64,000 nt of DNA from Candidatus Thorarchaeota archaeon (GCA_048882045.1 JBHLRZ010000017.1:1-64000); one strand, 5' to 3'. Counted from the stretch's first letter, positions 18,781-27,781 are shown. Notes: generated by a model from the letters alone, not told the origin. Translations and numbers: made by a program.

Positions 18781-18955
18781 CTTCTGTTTCTGGACCTATG
18801 AAACAGAACGTTTACTGTACATCCATACTGTACACTCTTGTATATTGGACCTTGTAATATCCAGAGTAGTATATTCTAACCACTCTTCTCGGAAGTTTAA
18901 TTACCTACATCTAGATTTAGTTTCTATTAGATCGCGTTGTAGGAGGCCAATATAC

Positions 18956-19156
18956 ATGATTAGAATATTGAAACTAGCCATCGCAATAGCAACCATTGCA
19001 CTAGGCTTGGTGGTTCTTTCTGTCACGCTTCCCTCCTCACCATTTTCAGCAACTGCTACTGGCATTCCAAGCATTGCAATAATTGCCATGGTGGGCCTTG
19101 GAGTATTCATATTCGTGAGTATAGTTTATGTTTATACTTTCAAATCAAAGCGTTGA
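18956..19156 (+). CDS. Small two-TM membrane protein
   Basis: AGGAGG upstream of ATG 18956, two hydrophobic helices. Confidence 0.6.
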   Translation: MIRILKLAIAIATIALGLVVLSVTLPSSPFSATATGIPSIAIIAMVGLGVFIFVSIVYVYTFKSKR

Positions 19157-19212
19157 GCGCCATCAGTAACTGCTTTCCAGTATGAAGATCTTCTTAGTCT
19201 GAGCTCGGTGTA

Positions 19213-19824
19213 TTATTCGATTATCTGTTCTCCTCCAGAGTCATCAGGCTGCGGCGAAAAAATGAAAACTTTCTCGCTGTATAGTAACGCGTTCGCATAA
19301 CACAATAGAACTAGTACATTCAGCAATGTGAGTATGTTTGGAGAACTATATAGGACTGTGGGCATGATCATTAATGACAAACCCCCTAGGAGTCCGAAAA
19401 TACCAAGGGTTGCGAATGTGTTTCCTGACCGAGATGTTTCTTCGGGACGGATACTGTAGCCCCACCCGTTGCCAAGCAATGAACCAAACAACGCAAATCC
19501 AATAGCATGAAACTGATATTGTGTAAAAATGCTGGAGGTGAAGTTGTTCCACTCAATTAGGTCTACTCCTGATAATCCATGGAATGGCGAACCTGAAAAT
19601 GCAACAAAATACCCGACAATATTCATGCAAATGTATCCAGTCAGAGTTCCCAGGATAGCACCAGCTATCCCATAGGATTTGAAAAGGTTCCGAAAGGTGA
19701 TGTTTCTTTGTCTTGCTTTCATCCCAAGGTAAGCGGCAACGAGCAGTCCAGCACCAGCCCCTAGTACAATTGCATCCATCAAGGTGATTCTGATAATGGC
19801 CGTGTAGTATCCGCTAAGATTCAT
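19213..19824 (-). CDS. Multi-pass membrane protein
   Basis: About five Gly-rich hydrophobic segments. Confidence 0.7.
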   Translation of the reverse strand: MNLSGYYTAIIRITLMDAIVLGAGAGLLVAAYLGMKARQRNITFRNLFKSYGIAGAILGTLTGYICMNIVGYFVAFSGSPFHGLSGVDLIEWNNFTSSIFTQYQFHAIGFALFGSLLGNGWGYSIRPEETSRSGNTFATLGIFGLLGGLSLMIMPTVLYSSPNILTLLNVLVLLCYANALLYSEKVFIFSPQPDDSGGEQIIE

Positions 19825-20015
19825 AATGTCCCCCAATAAGGATGCATACACGTTGTCTAATAAGCAGTCTTATTCTTGCTCTATAAAAGAGATTGAGAAT
19901 TAGTATGGCTCGAGATTGCCTGTTTAATGATCAATTGATGCATTTTTCAAGATTTTTTCCATCAATGAAGTAATTAACTATAGTTATTATATACTTATTT
20001 TATCCCTCAATACTT

Positions 20016-20890
20016 GACGATTTTTCGAAAGGATTACTTCAAATAATTTTCTATTATATCTGACATTCGTTTATATTTATATTTACCTCTTATTGGTACA
20101 ATTTGTACCTGATTGAGGAATTATAAGTCACTAATTTTCTATAGATAGGTGTCTAATGTTTTCAACTTGTGTAGATGGTTTCATATGACAGATCCCCTGA
20201 TGCAGGTTTTTTTTGAAACAGGAAATTTCTCTCATACCCGTTTTCTGTATCATGAAGTCTATCGACTAAAAAATATACTAAAGAAGCAGGGTTTATCACG
20301 CGAAAAGGTAGCAGTACACACATTTTGAGTATGAATGTAGGCCATAACCAGATCTGAAGAAACTATTTATATTTAGAAACCGAATACAGCGATTTAGACG
20401 ATTTCTACTATAGTAGTAGTACATGGTAATAGGAGGAACTATTGGATCGTCTATCAAAGTTATTGGCGACAGTAAGATTCATTCATAACTTCCTCTGAGA
20501 AAGAGAAACTACTCAAAGATAGAGGAAGTTGAGGGGAAATATAGCAATTTGTCTATAATATTAAGTATATGTTAAACCTTTCGAAAAATGGACACTCAGG
20601 TTTTTCAACCTGTCGATTTTTCGAATAGCTGGAAAACTAAAACAGATCATTTGGAAACCTGTGAGCATCGCAAGTAGTTCCAGTCTTTTCTTTGATGCGA
20701 AAAACAGATTCTTACCCTGTTAATAATCCATTCGACGAAAGCTTGTAAGGGCTAAATAGATACCATTAACCTAGTCTATAAGATACAACATGGTAAGGCC
20801 TAGAATTCCGAAAGAGCCCAATCACATATCATTTATATCCCGAGTCTCAGTATCGACATGTACACATTGCATCGAACGGGACTGAGAGCA
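20016..20890 (+). ncRNA. Candidate very large structured ncRNA or leader (unknown family)
   Basis: TATA-like TTATATAC at 19987-94. Nested helices 20020-32/20577-89, 20115-24/20485-95, 20127-35/20462-70, 20150-56/20394-400, 20169-82/20359-72 (four G-U) and 20189-94/20351-56. Further 3' hairpins. Confidence 0.5.
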
Positions 20891-20936
20891 GTTGCTATCG
20901 CCCCGAAACAGACACGAAACAAGGTAGGCAACACAG

Positions 20937-21299
20937 ATGGTCACGATCTTCATAGTTGATGATGAGGTAATCCTGCATCGATTGTATAAAGACGTGTTCT
21001 CCATCAAAGGCCATGAGGTCGTTGCTGACGCGTATGACGGAGCAGAGGCTATAGAAAAATTCTCAGCCTTTGATGTGAAACCTGAAGTCATCATTCTCGA
21101 TCATCGCATGCCAAACAAAGATGGGATGCAGACCATGCGAGAGATTCTAGATATTGATTCTTCAGCCAAGATAGTTTTCATCAGCGCAGATGCCAATGTG
21201 AGGGAGCAAGCAATGAGCAATGGCGCTGCGAGCTTTGGTTTGAAACCAGTCACGATTCGTCACATGCTTGACCTTGTTGAGAGCGCAGTTTCGGACTAA
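20937..21299 (+). CDS. Stand-alone CheY-like response regulator
   Basis: 'IVDDE', phosphoacceptor 'ILDHRMP', 'ISA', 'LKPV'. Confidence 0.92.
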   Translation: MVTIFIVDDEVILHRLYKDVFSIKGHEVVADAYDGAEAIEKFSAFDVKPEVIILDHRMPNKDGMQTMREILDIDSSAKIVFISADANVREQAMSNGAASFGLKPVTIRHMLDLVESAVSD

Positions 21300-21323
21300 A
21301 GATGCTCGGACCTTTCGATAAGA

Positions 21324-21722
21324 TTGTCTAGGGGGCTCTTCTACCTGAGTGATATTCCACATTCCGGCATATTGGTCGCTGGAGAGGTGCCTCTACTGAG
21401 GGTATTGTTGAAAATGTCCCTAGAAGATGGTGGGTTGGAGGTGATTGGGGAGGCTGATGACTCACAGGATACACTTGTGCAGTGCCAGAGCATGAAACCA
21501 TCTGTTGTCATCATCGATTTCAACCTACAGCAGAATGATCTAGTGAGGTTGATAGAAGACATTCTAGATATCGATCCTATCATCGCAGTCATAGTGATAT
21601 CAGATCCAATTGAGGAACAGGGTGAGAAGGTGCTAGCTGCAGGGGCAAGAGCATACCTCCAGAAACCCTTCAGTATGTATGACATGACTGATGTCGTTCG
21701 GAAAGTGAAACCAGTATTCTGA
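21324..21722 (+). CDS. Atypical receiver-domain protein
   Basis: 'IIDFNL' and 'YLQKPF' are retained, but the acidic pocket DD is replaced by 'AGE'. Confidence 0.8.
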   Translation: MSRGLFYLSDIPHSGILVAGEVPLLRVLLKMSLEDGGLEVIGEADDSQDTLVQCQSMKPSVVIIDFNLQQNDLVRLIEDILDIDPIIAVIVISDPIEEQGEKVLAAGARAYLQKPFSMYDMTDVVRKVKPVF

Positions 21723-21724
21723 AT

Positions 21725-22480
21725 CTAGTCTGGTAAACGGGTGTCTGGAAAAACTGTTATTCCATCAGAGGAGATCTTGAACATCACTGGCCTCATGACA
21801 TGACTGGCACCCCTCAGTTTCACGATGCGTAGAGTACGAAGATAGTCTCCTCCTGAGTAGAGAGTGTCTAGTCTGACAACGCCATCACAGATGAAGAATG
21901 GCATCTCGTCGTTAACAGCATTCGTACTGGCCTTCAGTTCGTGAGTAAGAATTATCGTTGAGTCCCAGTCAACTATTTCCCTCACAAATCCATAGACCAA
22001 CTGTCGAATCTCAGACATGTTTCCAGCAAGTTCTAGTAATGGCCCTAAGCCGTCTATGACAATCCGTTTTGCTTTGGCTTCGGTCGCTTTCTTTCTAATG
22101 AGTTCAGCTAATCGAGGAACAGTGAATGGTTGCTCTCTAAGGAGTGGATGGTCAAAGCCAATGACATATTCGTAGCTGGTTTCTGTAGGAATGAGTTTGA
22201 GTGTTCCACTTAGAATTGTGAGTGCACCTGATTCTATTGCCTTTTTGGTATCCCATCCGAAATCAGACATGTCCTCTGTAAGCATATCAGATGTCTGGTC
22301 GAGAGACACTAGGAGTCCGTTCTCTCCCTTTTCAATCCCATCGAACAAGAAGTGCCAGGTCAAAATACTCTTGCCTGTTCCAGGACCACCAGCAATCAAT
22401 GTGGAACGGCCCTTGACATATCCACCCTCCATAAGTGAATTCAAACCAGAAACACCTGTACTAACACGAGTTTTTGTCAT
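21725..22480 (-). CDS. Single-domain KaiC/RAD55-family ATPase
   Basis: 'RVSTGV', Walker A GGPGTGKS, 'RIVIDGL', 'LRIVKLRG'. Confidence 0.9.
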   Translation of the reverse strand: MTKTRVSTGVSGLNSLMEGGYVKGRSTLIAGGPGTGKSILTWHFLFDGIEKGENGLLVSLDQTSDMLTEDMSDFGWDTKKAIESGALTILSGTLKLIPTETSYEYVIGFDHPLLREQPFTVPRLAELIRKKATEAKAKRIVIDGLGPLLELAGNMSEIRQLVYGFVREIVDWDSTIILTHELKASTNAVNDEMPFFICDGVVRLDTLYSGGDYLRTLRIVKLRGASHVMRPVMFKISSDGITVFPDTRLPD

Positions 22481-22631
22481 GTGAACCACTGCCCAGTCAA
22501 TTCTCATATCTGTTTTAATCTTTCAGAAACGACTCTCTACATGAATGTGTGTGGTATACATCCTCGAAACCTATATACCTCGTTTTCAAACATTATGCGG
22601 ACAGAAGCACTAGAAGCCTTTTGATATCAGG

Positions 22632-24272
22632 TTGCGCGAAAACCGCGGAGAGAAGGAACCAGTAAGGCTTGCGAAGCAGTGGTTGATTCACGTGACAGAT
22701 GAAGTGATAATACCAGAGTTCATGATGTACAAGACTGACCTAGAGCAGTCTGAGATTATAGAACTCGGGAATCGTCTTGCTGTTAACTCTCGTTCAAACA
22801 AGGATCGTTTCATGCTCTTCACTGATGTTCTTGTCGAATATGTTGGGAGTGGGGAGTGGAAAAACAGAAGTCAGGGATTTCTGGCAATGTGTGCCAAGGC
22901 CAGTTTCTTGAGGGGAATGTATGGCTACAATCAGATTCTTGCAAAGGATTCACAGAATATTTCATGCAGAGGATATGCCGCTGCAGCTTATTGCAGACAG
23001 AGTCTTGATCCTCGATGGCTCAACAATCTTCGAAACATTACAAACCAAGCTTGGCAAGCTAAAGACTACATTGCATTTGCTGAGCTATCAGGCCAATTAG
23101 CTTCTATTCTCATCGACCTTGGATACACAGACCATGCCAGAGAGGTAGCTTCGGAAAGCATTGAAAAGGTCACTATCGATACAACAAAGGATCCTGATAT
23201 TCGAAACGCAGTTCAGGCTGCTCTCCTGCGTCCTAGGATTATTCTAGCATTCATAGCTGTGTCTTCAGAATCGCGAGAAGAAGCTCTGATACGACTTGAC
23301 TCCGCTCAAGACACTGCAACACACCTTGACCATCAGTTGGCTCTGAATGATATCAAGTTCTATCGAGGTCGGGCTTTGGAAGATTTTTTTGAACATCAGA
23401 GGGCTCTTGGTCTTGTAACCTCTGCTCTACGAAACTATGAGAAAATGGGATATTCGCACGGTGTTGCTCTTGCACGTAACCTCCGAGGAGTCATTCATCT
23501 AAACATGGGTGAACTTCAAGAAGCAAGAGACGAATTTGAGGAACTCCTCATCATACAACAGCAGCTGAACAATCAGGTTGGACTAGCCAAGACTCTGATC
23601 AATGTTGGTGAGATAGACCGAGCACTTGATCAGATTGCCCAGATGGAGACCTACAACCGAAGAGCTCTTGAAATCAGTCAAGAGGCTGAATACATGAGAG
23701 GCATAGTTGTCGCTACAGTAAATCTGGGTGATGTGGCTATCAGAAAGGGTGACCCTGGTAAGGCCATTCGCCTATACAATGAAGGGATTTCCATGGCTGA
23801 AGGTGCTGGTATGAAAAACACACTGGCTCTCACTCTGTTTCAAGCTGGTGATGCAAACTTCATCATTCAGAACAACAAAGAGGCATTCTCCTGTTACAAT
23901 CGAGCTGAGAGGGTTTCAAGAGAAATGGCTCATCTTCTCTATGCGTTCAATGCGAAAGCGAGTTCTCTAGTGACTCTATGGGAAGAAGAAATTGAACCAA
24001 AAGATGAGCTAGAAAACTACATTCGTTCTATCATGGGCAAGTTAGACGATTGGAGTGAAACTCCTGAGTCTGATATGATGAGAAATGTAAGGAGAGCTGT
24101 TCTAGAGGATCCTGAATGTGACACAGACCTATGCGTCTTCTTCGATGGTGAGAAGAGTTTTGAGTGTCGAGTCGAGAGGACAGGTCTCAGAAAGGAGTGC
24201 TTTGGCAAACTCTATTGGAAAGGTAGCCTTTGTCCATATTTCAAGGAGTTCATGACTCGACTAGAAGAGTAA
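22632..24272 (+). CDS. TPR-repeat protein with Cys-rich C-terminus
   Basis: Repeats 'NLRGVIHLNMGE', 'NVGEIDRALDQ', 'NLGDVAIRKGD'. Five Cys in the last ~55 aa. Confidence 0.8.
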   Translation: MRENRGEKEPVRLAKQWLIHVTDEVIIPEFMMYKTDLEQSEIIELGNRLAVNSRSNKDRFMLFTDVLVEYVGSGEWKNRSQGFLAMCAKASFLRGMYGYNQILAKDSQNISCRGYAAAAYCRQSLDPRWLNNLRNITNQAWQAKDYIAFAELSGQLASILIDLGYTDHAREVASESIEKVTIDTTKDPDIRNAVQAALLRPRIILAFIAVSSESREEALIRLDSAQDTATHLDHQLALNDIKFYRGRALEDFFEHQRALGLVTSALRNYEKMGYSHGVALARNLRGVIHLNMGELQEARDEFEELLIIQQQLNNQVGLAKTLINVGEIDRALDQIAQMETYNRRALEISQEAEYMRGIVVATVNLGDVAIRKGDPGKAIRLYNEGISMAEGAGMKNTLALTLFQAGDANFIIQNNKEAFSCYNRAERVSREMAHLLYAFNAKASSLVTLWEEEIEPKDELENYIRSIMGKLDDWSETPESDMMRNVRRAVLEDPECDTDLCVFFDGEKSFECRVERTGLRKECFGKLYWKGSLCPYFKEFMTRLEE

Positions 24273-24384
24273 GTTCTTATCTAGGTCTGTCAGAATATTT
24301 TTAGTGCGACAGTTTGAAGGACCAAAATATCCTTTTAAATCCAAGAATAGGAACTTCTTCTGCGCAAGCAAGGGGACATCAGAA

Positions 24385-25764
24385 ATGAGCGCTGAAGGCG
24401 CAATTCCACCCCGAATTAGGGATGCATTAGACACAGCCGAAGGCTATGTATTGGTAGTGGCAGGAAGACCTGGTACTGGAAAGACCCTCTTCGTTCACGA
24501 AGTTTTCAGAGAGTTCGAAGATTCCTTCTTGATACTCTCGAATGCAGAAGCAACATCATCTTCTGAAGAGAAGTTTTCATCAATGCCTCAATGGGCTAAT
24601 AGACATGTCATAGCGCAATACTGGCGACCAATTGACACTAGTTCTCTTCATGAGTCCACTCTCAGCGAGCAAATATCATCATTGCTGGGAAATGTATCTA
24701 TCAAAGATCAACACAACATCGTGATCATTGATTCTTGGACAGATTTCCTTATGCCAATAGACACCAAGGATCGCTATAGAGTTCAACAAGCCATGATATA
24801 CGCAGCTAGAAAAGAGGGAAAGAAACTCATCCTAGTCACTGAGGGTGAATGGACAGATGGATCCAGACCACAATTGCATCATTCAGCTGATGCTATTGTA
24901 CAACTCAGAAAACTGCGAAAAGACCAGAGATTGTACAGACAACTAACTATTGACAAAATGCGGAATATGTCAATAGAACAGGACTCATTCCTTTTTACAC
25001 TGAACAACGGTCGATTCACCTACATTCCTTGGTATGTTCATCAGTTTCCGCCTATCATGGTTGGTCGTGATTCAATTCCAGACCCTACTGACTCACGTGT
25101 TTCAACTGGAAATCGAAGTCTCGATCTGATTCTAAATGGAGGCTTTGAGAAGAGCTCATTAAGTCTAATAGAAGTGGAAAATCTTGCAGCACCTTATCTA
25201 GAAACTATATATATTCCATTTCTGTCAAATCAACTTCAACTTGGTCGACCAGCTGTAATTCTTCTACCAGAAGGCTGGTCTCCAGATCGCTTCATTGAAG
25301 GTCTTAGTCATTTTGTTGATCCTAATGTTATTCTCAAACAGGTAATCTTCTTTGGTAGACATGCATTAGGCCATGAGAATGCAAGGGAAATTGATGATGA
25401 TCCATGGAAGACACTTCAAGAAATCCGTTATGAGTCAACACAGCTCGAGCGAAAGTTCTATACTCAGACTACTGAACTCTTCGCCTTGGATACACTTGAA
25501 AACAAGTATGGAGTGAATGATGTCAAGGGAATGATGGCTGAGATAACAGCATCATTACCAACAAATGAAAGAACTATCGTTACAATACTAAGTCAAGAAC
25601 AGGCATTGAGGAGCAGTTCAATAGCATATAGTGTGCATCTAAGAGTTCAAGAACTTAGTGGAGTATTGAGTGTGTGCGGAGTGAATCCCAAGACGAACTA
25701 CCTCGCTGTTCGACCATTACTCTCCAAGGGATTCTTGGACTATGATCTAGTACCAATAGTTTGA
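24385..25764 (+). CDS. Two-domain KaiC/GvpD-like P-loop protein
   Basis: N-domain has GRPGTGKT and 'IIDSW'. Second domain 'RVSTGNRSLDLILNGGF' has a degenerate Walker A. Confidence 0.82.
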   Translation: MSAEGAIPPRIRDALDTAEGYVLVVAGRPGTGKTLFVHEVFREFEDSFLILSNAEATSSSEEKFSSMPQWANRHVIAQYWRPIDTSSLHESTLSEQISSLLGNVSIKDQHNIVIIDSWTDFLMPIDTKDRYRVQQAMIYAARKEGKKLILVTEGEWTDGSRPQLHHSADAIVQLRKLRKDQRLYRQLTIDKMRNMSIEQDSFLFTLNNGRFTYIPWYVHQFPPIMVGRDSIPDPTDSRVSTGNRSLDLILNGGFEKSSLSLIEVENLAAPYLETIYIPFLSNQLQLGRPAVILLPEGWSPDRFIEGLSHFVDPNVILKQVIFFGRHALGHENAREIDDDPWKTLQEIRYESTQLERKFYTQTTELFALDTLENKYGVNDVKGMMAEITASLPTNERTIVTILSQEQALRSSSIAYSVHLRVQELSGVLSVCGVNPKTNYLAVRPLLSKGFLDYDLVPIV

Positions 25765-25770
25765 CCACCG

Positions 25771-26163
25771 GTGAGTGATATGAACACTGACATACAGAAA
25801 ATTCTGGTCGTCGATGATGACGAGATGACCACTGAACTAGCAAAGACTTTCCTTGAGAAACATGATTTTACGGTGGTGATAGCGAAGGACGGAGAAGAAG
25901 CTATCCATCTAGCACAATCCGAAATACCAGACCTCATTCTGCTAGATGTAATGCTTCCAACTGTTGATGGTTTTGAGGTCTGCAAACAGCTGCGGAGTCT
26001 TGATCAGTTCAAGAAGACTCCAATTCTCATGTTCACTGCGAGAGGTTTCAGTAGTGATGTTGAACAGGGTCAGGCTGCTGGAGCAGACGAATACATCGTC
26101 AAACCTTTCTCCGGGAAAGCCCTTGTAGCAACCATAAGAAAACATCTTGGAATCAAAGAGTGA
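25771..26163 (+). CDS. Stand-alone response regulator receiver protein
   Basis: 'VVDDD', 'LLDVMLP', 'FTA', 'YIVKPF'. Confidence 0.93.
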   Translation: MSDMNTDIQKILVVDDDEMTTELAKTFLEKHDFTVVIAKDGEEAIHLAQSEIPDLILLDVMLPTVDGFEVCKQLRSLDQFKKTPILMFTARGFSSDVEQGQAAGADEYIVKPFSGKALVATIRKHLGIKE

Positions 26164-26176
26164 GAGAGTGATCGAT

Positions 26177-26860
26177 ATGTCTGATAAGCCAACTGAGCAG
26201 AATGGTTCTCAGTTCAGCATAGTCGATAATCTACTCACAAAACCCCCGAGCGGATATGTCTTCTTGGTGATGGCATCTCAAGATAGTCACTATGACCTCT
26301 TCATGCTCACACTAATCAAACGAGCACTGGAGATGGGATTAAACACTCTCGAGGTCATCACAGAAGCAAGAAATCGTTCTCTCATGTCTGAGCTTTCTGA
26401 GATGCAAGGGAATGGATTTTCAATCATGGAAGTTGGATATGGTCAGGAGACATTGGGTGAATTCACATGTTCCCCACATCTTCACGAAATAAACATTCAA
26501 CTCAGGAGTCTGAGGAAAGACCTGACTCCGAAACTGATAACATTCGAGGGACTTACTCCTCTTTTGATAGACTTCTCTGCAAGAGATGTTGTGCAGTTCT
26601 TCAAAGAATGCGTGGAGGAGAGCATCAAGATTGGTTCGAATGAATTCTATTTGGTGCACGCTGAAACCGCTGATCCTGTTACTATAAACCAACTCTTCTC
26701 TCTCGCCCAGGGTATTATCACTCTGACTACTTCTCGCGGAAAACATTACCTCACAGTGAAGAAGTCAAAAGGTGTTGAACTCCCATATAATCCAATAGAA
26801 TACGTTCCTGTGATGTCTAGTCCAAAACGCTCTGATTGGAGAATTATCTGGAACTGGTAA
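26177..26860 (+). CDS. Inactivated KaiC-like (RecA-fold) protein
   Basis: KaiC-like topology ('ITFEGL', 'QGIITL', 'LTVKKSKG') with no intact Walker A. Confidence 0.65.
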   Translation: MSDKPTEQNGSQFSIVDNLLTKPPSGYVFLVMASQDSHYDLFMLTLIKRALEMGLNTLEVITEARNRSLMSELSEMQGNGFSIMEVGYGQETLGEFTCSPHLHEINIQLRSLRKDLTPKLITFEGLTPLLIDFSARDVVQFFKECVEESIKIGSNEFYLVHAETADPVTINQLFSLAQGIITLTTSRGKHYLTVKKSKGVELPYNPIEYVPVMSSPKRSDWRIIWNW

Positions 26861-27571
26861 TCATTCTAAGTCCAGCACTATCTCATTATCATCTTCTTCT
26901 TCAGACTTCTTCTTTTCCTGAGGTTGTCCGGTGAGCATTCTCTCAAAGAGTCGTAGTGCTTCCTGTACTGTACTGGTCCAAGCATCTGCCTCTACAGATT
27001 CGTCCATCTGTTGACGAACTGGGTCTAGAAGAGACCGTACTTTCTGACAACTCTCCTCATCCCAATGGGCTTGATCCATTATTGTTTCTATCTGGCGAAT
27101 GATTTGTCCTCTGAGCGATATGAACCTCAACTTTTCTTGGTCTAATGAAGTAAGTCGCTTATTTACTCGACCAAGTTCTCTGAGGAGTCTTCTCACAGCA
27201 GCGACATCAGGTCTTGCCTCTGGTATTATGAATCCATGAGGTATCATAATTCTCCCAGTCTGCCCGTGTCTGGTCACTCTAACTGCAAAGGCACCAGGAA
27301 GAATTGTCGTCGACAGACCAAAACGAATATTCAATCTATAATATACACGGTCTGGTCCTAGTTCGCTTTCGCCATGCTCTCGCTCAACTAGACCTGCTTT
27401 TTGGAGGGCTTCTAGATGTTTGAATACGCCTCTAGGAGTCAGTCCAAGCATTGTGCTCAGTTCATAGGGATAGTGTGCTCTCTGTGCTAGAAGTCTAAGA
27501 ATTCTCCTTCTAGTTTCATTTCCTAGAGCTTTGAATACTCTGTCTAGATCTCCTGGTCCTTCTTGTGACAT
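26861..27571 (-). CDS. ArsR-family regulator with coiled coil (COG1777/Phr-like)
   Basis: 'ALGNETRRRILRLLA...YPYELS...HLEALQKAGLV...GPDRVYY' followed by a coiled coil. Confidence 0.85.
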   Translation of the reverse strand: MSQEGPGDLDRVFKALGNETRRRILRLLAQRAHYPYELSTMLGLTPRGVFKHLEALQKAGLVEREHGESELGPDRVYYRLNIRFGLSTTILPGAFAVRVTRHGQTGRIMIPHGFIIPEARPDVAAVRRLLRELGRVNKRLTSLDQEKLRFISLRGQIIRQIETIMDQAHWDEESCQKVRSLLDPVRQQMDESVEADAWTSTVQEALRLFERMLTGQPQEKKKSEEEDDNEIVLDLE

Positions 27572-27593
27572 CTATCCCAGTCCCTCAACAACA

Positions 27594-27731
27594 TTACAAA
27601 TACTCGACTCTTTCCCACATTCCATCGAGGAAGCGTAGCCACTCCATATAGAGTTCATCAGGCTCCCAAAAATCTATTCCCGAGCTGGTTGTCCAATCTG
27701 GAAATATCTGGTCTTGTTGACTTATATCCAT
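27594..27731 (-). CDS. Unannotated 45-aa acidic Trp-rich protein
   Basis: MDISQQDQIFPDWTTSSGIDFWEPDELYMEWLRFLDGMWERVEYL with GGAG upstream, between the promoter and the ArsR gene. Confidence 0.55.
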   Translation of the reverse strand: MDISQQDQIFPDWTTSSGIDFWEPDELYMEWLRFLDGMWERVEYL

Positions 27732-27755
27732 TGTATCTTCTCCAAAATTTGTACA

Positions 27756-27781
27756 TCTAAGATACCTTTTGGTATCTTAGA
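27756..27781. promoter_or_regulatory. Perfect 11-4-11 inverted repeat, probable operator
   Basis: TCTAAGATACC-tttt-GGTATCTTAGA abutting a minus-strand TTTTATT. Confidence 0.6.

Noticed and set aside
19860-20930. Replication origin (AT-rich 1.1-kb gap with repeated CGATTTTTCGAA and ACTATAGT palindromes)
   Set aside because: No recognisable ORB (TTCCAGTGGAAAC plus G-string) and no orc1/cdc6 in the window. Strand-biased G-U pairing fits RNA better. Not fully excluded.
525-25764. Gas vesicle system (GvpN-like and GvpD-like proteins)
   Set aside because: No gvpA/J/F/L/K genes. The ATPases are explained by the MoxR-VWA and KaiC families.
21725-26860. Bona fide circadian KaiABC clock
   Set aside because: No KaiA or KaiB, and the second domain of the double-domain protein has a dead P-loop.
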